Source of the DNA: Octopus vulgaris
Lineage: Eukaryota
DNA: 64,000 bases
Direction of reading: 5' to 3'
NCBI GenBank assembly: GCA_951406725.2
Contig: OX597842.1
Span: 23,746,001 to 23,810,000 of the forward strand
Shown: positions 54,736 to 64,000 of the stretch, piece after piece
Numbering within the stretch: position 1 is the first letter of the stretch
Layout of the letters: the number at the start of each line of letters is the position of its first letter
Program-made: the position numbers and the translations under genes
Notes under the pieces: model-generated
What the model was told of the DNA's origin: nothing
Seen by the model: the letters and a program-made list of their open reading frames with translations, nothing else
Databases searched by the model: none

Positions 54736-54934
54736 TTGGCGATTTTTTCCCCTCTGTCTTCCCTTCTCCTATGTTTCCGACAAAAAGCTCCGCTCGAAAC
54801 ATTAAAACCTCCTTCTTTCCTGAGCGTCCAATAATACTATATTTGTTCCACGTCCTTGCGTTGTTGTGTTTTTTTGTGCTTTCTTGTTTGGATAAACTTT
54901 ATATATATATATATATATGTTCATATACATATAA

Positions 54935-54972
<38 letters not shown>

Positions 54973-55287
54973 GGTACTGGTGTCTAGAAGACCCAATGTG
55001 TGGCAGGTAACACTAAGAAAGTGCGATGGACAGACCCTAGTTTAACTCATGGTTTGATAGTGATATGAGTGAGGAGTTTAATGTGGGTCTTGTATTAGCA
55101 TGAGCATGCATGTGTATGTATATGTGTGTGTGCTTAAATGTATGCATATATGTACATGTTTGCGCACATGTCATTATACCTTCTTTCCTCCTCTCTGATT
55201 CCTACCCATCACATACGTCTATTTACAGAAATTTGACAACCTTGTATTCTTCCTCCCCTTTAAATTTTACTACTACCTGCATGGTTG

Positions 55288-55684
55288 GGATCTTTTCTGT
55301 TTGACTGGCAGTTTTTAGAAATAATTTCCACGTAACTAAACACTTTTAAACTTCGTATACTGGTAGAATGTGTTTATAAAACATCTTTTTCTCTTGGCTT
55401 TATTGAGAAAATTCTATAGTTTGTAAGATATTTGTTGTTTTTTTCCTTCAATTTCTGCAATTTCAACCAATCGATGACGTCTATTCTGTGCTATATGAAT
55501 ATGTCCCTTGTTTAAGAAACAGATTGGGTTTATTTACATTTATGAAGAAAAAAAAGATACCCTTCCCCCAACTCCTAACCCTAAAACAGATTGAAATGCA
55601 ATAGATCAATACAAGGGTCATAATTATTGGTGACAATTTCATATGACACTGCTAGAAAAAACTGCCATTCAAACCGAAAGATCC
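55288..55684. mobile_element. GGATC-terminal MITE with 8-bp TSD (Merlin-like)
   Basis: catggttg|ggatcttttctgtttgactggcag ... ctgccattcaaaccgaaagatcc|catggttg. Confidence 0.88.
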
Positions 55685-55715
55685 CATGGTTGTACTAACG
55701 GTATCAAAAAGGGCT

Positions 55716-56046
55716 CATGGTTCCGGGTTCAGTCCCACTGCATGGCACCTTGGGCAACTGTCTTCTACTGTAGCCTCGGGCTGACCAAAGCCTTGTGAGT
55801 GGATTTGGTAGACGGAAACTGAAAGAAGCCCGTCATGTATATGTGTATATATATGTGTGTGTGTGTGTGTTTGTCCCCTTAGCATTGCTTGACAACTTAG
55901 TGGTTCGGCAAAAAGAGACCGATAGAATAAATACTGGGCTTACAAAAGAATAAGACCCGGGTTCGAGGTGCTCGATTAAAGGCGGTGCTCCAGTATGGCC
56001 GCAGTCAAATGACTGAAACAAGTAAAAGAGTAAAGAGTAAAAGAGT
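55716..56046 (+). mobile_element. SINE family A
   Basis: Family body and tail. Confidence 0.8.
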
Positions 56047-56532
56047 ATATATATATATATATATATGTATGTATATATAAAGCATACAGCATAAACTGTA
56101 AACTGGTTAGCATTAGGAGAATACATCCAAAGAAACCCAAACAAATCAGACTGGAACCTCGTGCAGCATTATGGCTTGCCAGCTCATGTCAAACTGTCCC
56201 ACCCATGACAGCATATAAAGAAAAGCTATCACTGAAGGATGATGATGATAAAAATGACGACAATGATGAAAGTACATAGACAAAACCAATTTCAGTTTGA
56301 TTCAGTTTTTATTCATTATTCCCATTTCTTTATTCTCTCATAACAAATTCCTCAAAAATCCATCATGACCATCTTCAGAAATCAAAGTCTTTGCTGAATT
56401 TGATGTTGACATTGATGAAATTGAAGCTGATACCATGAAATTTGAAGAGATAAAAAAAATCCCTGTCTCTTTGCAGAAAAACTAGAAGTAATTTTAGGCA
56501 TGTTGTAACAAATTTTAATATTTATATAGTCA

Positions 56533-56655
<123 letters not shown>

Positions 56656-57038
56656 TCAAAGGCTTTGTTGTGTTGATATATTTCCATAAATACACGGCAT
56701 TTAGGTTCATATTCATGAATTTGAAGTTGATAACATCAAATTTGAAGAGATATAAAAAAAACGCCTTTTAGCAGAGAAAAATAGAAGTTATTGTTGTCGT
56801 GTTGTAATAAATTTCAATACTGGTACAGTTACAGTTGTGTGTGAATACTCACATGTGTACTGAAGTGGACCTTTTGAAAGAATTATTCACCACAGATATC
56901 ACAGTGATGTGGTTTTTCCCCCAGTATGAATATGTTTATGATTAGTCAAGTGAGTATTATAAAAGAATGATTAACCTCAGATATCTCAAGGATATAATTT
57001 CTCTCCTGTGTGAACGTGAGAATGTTTTACCACAGATA

Positions 57039-59717
57039 TTACAATGATGACTTCTCTCCTGTATGAATACGTTTATGTTTAGACAGGTGGCTACTACGAG
57101 AGAATGATTTACCACAAATGTCACAATGGTATGGCTTCTTCCCTGTATGAGTATATTTGTGATTAGTTAAAGTGCTATTCTGAGAAAATGATTTACCACA
57201 GATATTACAATGATATGGTTCCTCACCTGTATGAATGCGTTTATGAATTGTTAAAGTGCTATTTTCAGAAAATGATTTACCACAGATATTACAACGATAT
57301 GGTTTCTCACCTGTGTGAATACGTCTGTGACTAGTTAAAGTGTAATTTTTAGAAAATGATTTACCACAAATGTCACAGTGAAATGGCTTCTCCCCAGTAT
57401 GAATACGTTTATGCACTGTTAAGTGATCCTTTCTTGAGAATGATATACCACAGATATCACACTGATATGGCTTCTCTCCTGTGTGAACACGCTTGTGTTT
57501 AGTTAAGCCATTACTTTGAGAGAATGTTTTACCACAGATATCACAATGATATGGTTTCTCTCCTGTATGAATGCGTTTGTGCTGAGTTAAGTTACCATTT
57601 TCAGAAAATGATTTACCACATATATCACAGTGATATGGTTTTTCCCCAGTATGAATACGTTTATGTTCACTCAAGTTACTATTTTCAGAAAATGATTTAC
57701 CACAGATATCACAATGAAATGGTTTCTCTCCTGTGTGAATACGCTGGTGTTTAGTTAAATCACTATTTTCAAAGAATGATTTACCACATATATCACAGTG
57801 ATATGGTTTTTCCCCAGTATGAATACGTTTATGTTCACTCAAGTTACTATTTTCAGAAAATGATTTACCACAGATATCACAATGAAATGGTTTCTCTCCT
57901 GTGTGAATACGCTGGTGTTTAGTTAAATCACTATTTTCAAAGAATGATTTACCACATATATCACAGTGATATGGTTTTTCCCCAGTATGAATACGTTTAT
58001 GTTCACTCAAGTTACTATTTTCAGAAAATGATTTACCACAGATATCACAATGAAATGGTTTCTCTCCTGTGTGAATACGCTGGTGTTTAGTTAAATCACT
58101 ATTTTCAAAGAATGATTTACCACATATATCACAGTGATATGGTTTTTCCCCAGTATGAATACGTTTATGTTCACTCAAGTTACTATTTTCAGAAAATGAT
58201 TTACCACAGATATCACAATGAAATGGTTTCTCTCCTGTGTGAATACGCTGGTGTTTAGTTAAATCACTATTTTCAAAGAATGATTTACCACATATATCAC
58301 AGTGATATGGTTTTTCCCCAGTATGAATACGTTTATGTTCACTCAAGTTACTATTTTCAGAAAATGTTTTACCACAGATATCACAATGATATGGTTTCTC
58401 TCCTGTGTGAATACGCTGGTGTTTAGTTAAATCACTATTTTCAAAGAATGATTTGCCACATGTATCACAGTGATATGGCTTCTCAGCTCTATGAATACGT
58501 TTGTGCCTTTTCATGTAACTGGCATTAGAAAATGACCCACCACAGATATCACAGTGATGTGGCTTCTCTCCTGTATGAACGTGCTTGTGTTTAGTCAAGT
58601 CACTGTTTGCAGTGAATGATTTACCACAGATATTACAATAATATGGCTTCTCTCCTGTATGAATACGCTTGTGACTAGTTACACTGCTACTTTCGGAAAA
58701 TGATTTGCCACAGATATCACACTGATATGGTTTTTCCCCAGTATGAATACGTTTGTGACAAGTTAAAGCTCCATTTCCAGAAAATGATTTACCGCAGATA
58801 ATACATTGATATGGCTTCTCACCTGTATGAATACGCTTGTGTTTAGTTAAAGTGCTATTTACAGAAAATGATTTACCACAGATATCACAGCGGTATGGTT
58901 TCTCACCTGTGTGAATACGTCTGTGACTAGTCAACTGACTATTTCCAGAGAATGATTTACCACAGATATCACAATGATATGGCATCTCTCCCATATGTAT
59001 ATATTTGTGACTAGTGAAAGCGCTATTTAGAGAAAAGGATTTGCCACAGATATCACAACGATATGGTTTCTCTCCTGTATGAATGCGCTGGTGTCTAGTT
59101 AAAGTGTTATTTTCAGAAAATGATTTACCACAGATATCACAGTGATATGGTTTTTCCCCAGTATGAACACGCTTGTGAATCGTCAAGCTACCGTTTGCAG
59201 GGAATGATTTCCCACAGATATCACAATGATATGGCTTCTCTCCTGTATGAATACGTTTGTGTCTAGTTAAAACATTAATTTCAGAAAATGATTTATCACA
59301 TAAATCGCAGGGATATGGTTTTTCACCAGTATGAATACGTCTATGAGTAGTCAACTGACTATTACAAGAGAATGATTTACCACAGGTATCGCAATGATAT
59401 GGTTTCTCTCCTGTATGTGTATGTTTGTGAACAGACAAGTGACTTCTCCGAGAAAATGATTTTCCACAGACATCACAATGATATGGCTTCTCACCTGTAT
59501 GAATACGTCTGTGAACGGTCAAGTTACTTTGAGAGAATGATTTGCCACAGACATCACAATGATATAGCTTCTCACCCGTATGAATATATCTGTGTCTAAT
59601 CAAGTTACTTCTTCGAGAAAATGATTTTCCACAGACATCACAGGAATATGGTTTCTCTTTTGTATCAGTGTTTTTAGATTTTATTAAATTATTCATTCTG
59701 AGAGAATAATTTCTCAT
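57039..59717 (-). CDS. C2H2 zinc-finger protein, ~31 tandem fingers
   Basis: Open 892-aa frame from the ATG (MRNY). The leader is homologous to the array genes, and the acceptor is at ~60104. Confidence 0.92.
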   Translation of the reverse strand: MRNYSLRMNNLIKSKNTDTKEKPYSCDVCGKSFSRRSNLIRHRYIHTGEKLYHCDVCGKSFSQSNLTVHRRIHTGEKPYHCDVCGKSFSRRSHLSVHKHTHTGEKPYHCDTCGKSFSCNSQLTTHRRIHTGEKPYPCDLCDKSFSEINVLTRHKRIHTGEKPYHCDICGKSFPANGSLTIHKRVHTGEKPYHCDICGKSFSENNTLTRHQRIHTGEKPYRCDICGKSFSLNSAFTSHKYIHMGEMPYHCDICGKSFSGNSQLTSHRRIHTGEKPYRCDICGKSFSVNSTLTKHKRIHTGEKPYQCIICGKSFSGNGALTCHKRIHTGEKPYQCDICGKSFSESSSVTSHKRIHTGEKPYYCNICGKSFTANSDLTKHKHVHTGEKPHHCDICGGSFSNASYMKRHKRIHRAEKPYHCDTCGKSFFENSDLTKHQRIHTGEKPYHCDICGKTFSENSNLSEHKRIHTGEKPYHCDICGKSFFENSDLTKHQRIHTGEKPFHCDICGKSFSENSNLSEHKRIHTGEKPYHCDICGKSFFENSDLTKHQRIHTGEKPFHCDICGKSFSENSNLSEHKRIHTGEKPYHCDICGKSFFENSDLTKHQRIHTGEKPFHCDICGKSFSENSNLSEHKRIHTGEKPYHCDICGKSFFENSDLTKHQRIHTGEKPFHCDICGKSFSENSNLSEHKRIHTGEKPYHCDICGKSFSENGNLTQHKRIHTGEKPYHCDICGKTFSQSNGLTKHKRVHTGEKPYQCDICGISFSRKDHLTVHKRIHTGEKPFHCDICGKSFSKNYTLTSHRRIHTGEKPYRCNICGKSFSENSTLTIHKRIHTGEEPYHCNICGKSFSQNSTLTNHKYTHTGKKPYHCDICGKSFSRSSHLSKHKRIHTGEKSSL
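57620..58460 (-). repeat. 168-bp two-finger coding minisatellite, 5 copies
   Basis: ctattttcaaagaatg recurs every 168 bp (~57762-58434). Protein unit [10 protein letters not shown]...[10 protein letters not shown]. Confidence 0.95.
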
Positions 59718-60264
59718 ATATATCACAAAGATATCGTTTTTTTCTTTTCTATGAATATTTTTGTGTATAGTTCAGTTAGTATTTTCAGGGAATAATTTAC
59801 TGCTATGTTTCTTTCATCTGTGATCTTACTTAATATCTAAATTAGCAGGTGAAAACTGTCAGGTCCTTCGTAAAGTTATCCAAGGTTGTAAAGCAATCAC
59901 CTCCTCTACATTCAAGACAGTTGAAGACAAGAAAAATATTTTGCTGTTGTTTGTCATAGATTATATCAATATAAAAAGGTTGATGTATTAACGAAGGCTC
60001 CTTATAAATATATTGTCTTCCTTTAGTTGATGAAAGTCCATAAAAATATCAAAAGTCACATCTGAACGACAAAATTTCTTTTATGTCAACAAGATGTGAT
60101 ATTCTGAAAGAGGAAAAGAAACAGTAAGGTAAAGAGAATAGTTAAGTGACATAATAATTCAACATTGCAAATCTTACAACATCAATACTGTCATCCGTTT
60201 AATGTCAATGTTCGCAAGGATCGGAGTTCATTGAAGTGTTGAAAGACTGGCATACCTACACAAC

Positions 60265-60555
60265 TTTTACTTGTTTCAGTCATTTGACTGTGGCTATGCT
60301 GGAGCACCGCCTTTTAGTGAAGCAAATCGACCCCAGGACTTATTGTTTGGAAGCCTAGTACTTATTCTATCGGTCGCTTTTACTGAACTGCTAAGTTACA
60401 GGGATGTAAGCACACCAGCATCTGTTGTCAAGCGATGTTGGGGAGACAAACACTGACACACAAACACATATATATATATATACACACACACACATATACA
60501 AAGGGCTACTTTCAGTTTCCGTCTACGAAATCCACTCACAAGGCTTAGGTCGGCC
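60265..60555 (-). mobile_element. SINE family A, in the ZNF intron
   Basis: Absent at the equivalent intron position of the array units. Confidence 0.75.
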
Positions 60556-60854
60556 CTACACCTACCTTCCTCATACCTTTCAGAACAAATTCATGTTTGA
60601 TATATCTAAGACAAGGGAGCATATCTTCTCAATCTTTCTATGCATTTTCACAGATTGCAGTAACTTCGAAGGGTTCGCATAATTCCATTATTTACTGGCA
60701 GAGTCATTAGCACGCTGCATGAAATGCTGAGTGGTATTTCGCCTATCACTATGTTCTGAGTTCATTCCCACTGCGCGGCACCTTGATTATTATAAATTTT
60801 TACTCACCTTGAAAAAAATGAAAGACAGAGTCGATCTTGACAGTAAGTCTTGGG

Positions 60855-61263
60855 GGATCTTTTTAGTTTGAATGGCAGTTTTTTTCTAGGGGTGTCATAT
60901 GAAATTGTCACCCATAATTATGACCCTAGTATCGATCTATTACATTTCAATCTCTTTGAGGGTTAGGGTTGGGGGAAGGGTATCTTTTTTTCTTCACAAA
61001 TGTAAATAAACCTAATCTGTTTCCTAAACGAGGGACATATTCATACAGCACAGAATGTTTTCACCTCAATAGCCGTCAAGGATTGGTTGAAATTGGTGAA
61101 ATTGAAGAAAAAAAAACAACAAATATCTTACAAACTATAAAATTTTCTCAATAAAGCCAAGAGAAAATGTTTTATAAATACATTCTACCAGTATACAAAG
61201 TTTAAAAGTATTTAGTTACATGGAAATTATTTTTAAAAACTGCCGTTCAAACCGAAAAGATCC
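60855..61263. mobile_element. GGATC-terminal MITE
   Basis: Both TIRs are present. It is an inverted copy of 55288-55684 and no TSD is visible. Confidence 0.8.
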
Positions 61264-61419
61264 CAGAGTTAATCTCTTGGGTTCAAATACAGCCAAGGTT
61301 GACTTTGCCATTCACCCCTTTCAGGAAATTCTGGGGACCGTGTAATCGACTCCCACTCGCCCTAAAAAAATTGCTGGCCCTGGGCCAAAAAAGCGTTACA
61401 CCACTCAAAGAAACAAAAA

Positions 61420-61742
61420 AAAAATGTGTGTAATCGGTGTAAAACAACTTCCTCTGAACGAATATGAAAAAAAAAATGCGCTCACACGAAAGGGGAGAGG
61501 CCTTGGAAAATTCACCTCGGGAATTTCCGAAAGCGTCTGAGGGGTTGCCCGGGCACCAAAACAAAAATAAATAGTGTAATATGTGTAAAACAACTGGCTC
61601 TAAACGAATACGACAAAAAAAATGTGCACTCGCGAAAGAGGGGTTGGGGAGAGGTTTTGGAAATTTCCAAAAGCGTCTGACCCGAGCACAAAAACAAAAA
61701 TAGCGTAATAGGTGTAAAACAACTTGCTCTAAACGAATATGA
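61420..61742. repeat. diverged tandem repeat, ~130-145-bp unit, ~2.3 copies
   Basis: gtgtaaaacaact..ctct(g/a)aacgaata occurs at ~61437, ~61583 and ~61712. Confidence 0.75.
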
Positions 61743-61838
61743 TTAATTAAATAGGAACATCAAATCCAACAGAATAAGACAGAATGAAACAATAAACATC
61801 AATAAGATAATACCATAAAAATAATACATATAGAATGG

Positions 61839-61964
61839 ATCTTACAGCTGTTTCAGCCTATAGATAAGGGTATCTCATTATGCCCATATTAGTCAGATGT
61901 ATTGAGGTAATATGCAGTTAAAAATGAGTTACTTATATATATATCTCAAAGCCTCATCAGAGAT
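61839..61964 (-). ncRNA. second copy of the hammerhead ribozyme motif
   Basis: AUCU-CUGAUGA-GGCUU-[89 nt]-AGGCU-GAAA-CAGCUG-UA-AGAU. Confidence 0.75.
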
Positions 61965-62033
61965 TATAAAGCACAATTATGAGGATATAAAATGCAAACA
62001 TGCATATATATATATATATGTATGTAAACATAA

Positions 62034-62263
62034 AGGCAGCAAGCTGGCCGAAATGTTAGCACAGTGGGCGAAATGCATAGCCGTATTTTGTCTGCAGTTA
62101 TGTTCTGGGTTCAAATTCCGCCGAGGTCGACTTTGCCTTTCATCCTTTCGGGGTCAATAAATTAAGTACCAGTTACATACTGGGGTCGATCTTATCAACT
62201 TAATCCGTTTGTCTGTCCTTGTTTGTCCCCTCTGTGTTTAGCCCCTTGTGAGTAGTAAAGAAA
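62034..62263 (+). mobile_element. SINE family C
   Basis: Complete head and Nin/Deu-like box. Confidence 0.8.
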
Positions 62264-62286
62264 TATATATATATATATACACACAT

Positions 62287-62489
62287 TCTCTTTTACATGT
62301 TTCAGTCATTTGACTGCGGCCATGCTGGAGCACTGCCTTTAGTCAAGCAAATCGACCCCAGGACTCATTCTTTGTAAGCCTAGTACTTATTCTATCGGTC
62401 TCTTTTGCCAAACCTCTAAGTTACACGAATGTAAACACACCACCATCAGTTGTCAAGCAATGTTGGTGGTCAAACACAGACACACAAAC

Positions 62490-62520
<31 letters not shown>

Positions 62521-62685
62521 TACAACAGGCTTCTTTCAGTTTCTGTCTACCCAATCCACTCACAAGGCTTTGGTCGGCCCGAGGCTATAGTAGAATACAC
62601 TTGCCGAAGGTGCCATGCAGAAGGAACGAACCCAGAACCATGTGGTTGGTAAGCAAGCAACTTACCACACAGCCACTCCTGTGCC
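62287..62685 (-). mobile_element. SINE family A
   Basis: Duplicate of 54374-54735. Confidence 0.8.
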
Positions 62686-63327
62686 TATGTGACCGTGTGT
62701 GTACCGTTGGCGATTTTTTTCCTCTGTCTTCCCTTCTCCTATGTTTCCGACGAAGAGCTCCGCTCATAATGTTAAACCCTCTTTCTTTCCTTAGCGTCCA
62801 ATAATACTATATTTGTTCCACGTCCTCGCGTTGTTGTTGTTTTTTTGTGCCTTCTTGTTTGGATTAACTTTATATATATATATATATATGTTCATATACA
62901 AATAAGTATATATATATAACGTAAAGTGTACTAGCCATCTGAATGTGGCTAGCCACTGGGGGTGGGTGTTACTGAAGCTTTTAGCCCCAGGAGATCGTCG
63001 TCTCCAGCTGGCTTTAGACACACTTTCTGTGCCCTTCTGATATTTGCAAAGGGAGGTCATCCGCTCTCGAAAACCTAAGTGATACATACGGACTATAGTT
63101 TTGAGGTTTTTGCCTCTCGTCAACGTACGGTAATCACCGGTTTTCGAAATATATATATATATATGAAAGGTACTGGTGTCTAGAAGACCCAATGAGTGGC
63201 AGGTAGCACTAAGGAAGTGCGAACTCATGGTTCGATAGTGATATGAGTGAGGAGTTTAATGTGGGACTTGTATTAGCATGAGCATGCATGTGTATGTATA
63301 TATGTATGCGCTTAAATGTATGCATAA

Positions 63328-63727
63328 GTGCAGGAGTGGCTGTGTGGTAAGTTGCTTGTTTACCAGCCACATGGTACCGGGTTCAGTCCCATTGCGTGGC
63401 ACCCTGGGCAAGTGTCTTCTACTATAGCCTTGGGCCGACCAAAGCCTTGTGAGTGGATTTGGTAGAGGGAAACTGAATGAAGCCCGTCGTATATATGTAT
63501 GTGCATGTATGTTTGTGTGTCTGTGTTTGTCCCCCCTAGCATTGCTTGACAATCGATTCTGGTGTGTTTATGTCCCCGTCACTTAACGGTTCAGCAAAAG
63601 AGACCGATAGAATAAGTACTGGGCTTACAAAGAATAAGTCCCGGGGTCGAGTTGCTCGATTAAAGGCGGTGCTCCAGCATGGCCGCAGTCAAATGACTGA
63701 AACAAGTAAAAGAATAAAAGAAAAGAA
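63328..63727 (+). mobile_element. SINE family A, full length, inserted after the duplication
   Basis: A-box tggctgtgtgg and B-box present. Absent from the paralog at ~55148. Confidence 0.85.
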
Positions 63728-64000
63728 TATATGCACATCCATACATACATGTTTGCGCACGTATGTCATTATAACTTCTTTCCTCCTCTCTGGTTCCTAC
63801 CCATCACATACGTCTATTTACAGAAATTTGACATCCTTGTATTCTTCCTCCCCTTTAAATTTTTCTACTACCTGCATGGTTGGGATCTTTTCGGTTTGAA
63901 CGTCAGTTTTTTAAAATAATTTCCACATAACTAAACACTTTTAAACTTCGTATACTGGTAGAATGTGTTTATAAAACATCTTTTTCTCTTGGCTTTATTG

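Larger units (their letters stand above)
61743..64000 (+). repeat. segmental duplicate of 53848-~55405, with two extra insertions
   Basis: Collinear hammerhead repeat, SINE C, SINE A and MITE with the same catggttg flank. Confidence 0.9.

Overview
AT-rich eukaryotic (animal) genomic DNA, most likely a coleoid cephalopod such as Octopus. That assignment is an inference from the KRAB-less, single-coding-exon C2H2 zinc-finger cluster and the tRNA-derived SINE families. The window starts with the last exon of a death-domain gene. It then holds a birth-and-death cluster of C2H2 ZNF loci: one + strand pseudogene, a five-unit ~5.9-kb tandem array on the - strand (three nearly identical intact 18-finger ORFs flanked by two damaged ones), a deleted remnant, and a ~31-finger gene with an internal 168-bp x5 two-finger minisatellite. 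Mobile elements include a 6,484-bp Helitron with exact TC...CTAG ends and empty sites in paralogous units, a decayed mariner, a deleted Gypsy LTR element, RTE LINE ends, piggyBac-, mariner- and Merlin-like MITEs, many SINEs and Penelope-like fold-backs. The least expected signals are a duplicated type I hammerhead ribozyme motif with an 89-nt extension of stem II, a (TTAGGG)3 patch inside a ZNF exon, and UTRs and a start codon built from decayed zinc fingers. Most short ORFs in the track are shadow frames of repeats. Coordinates were counted by eye and can be off by a few bases, more so at repeat edges.
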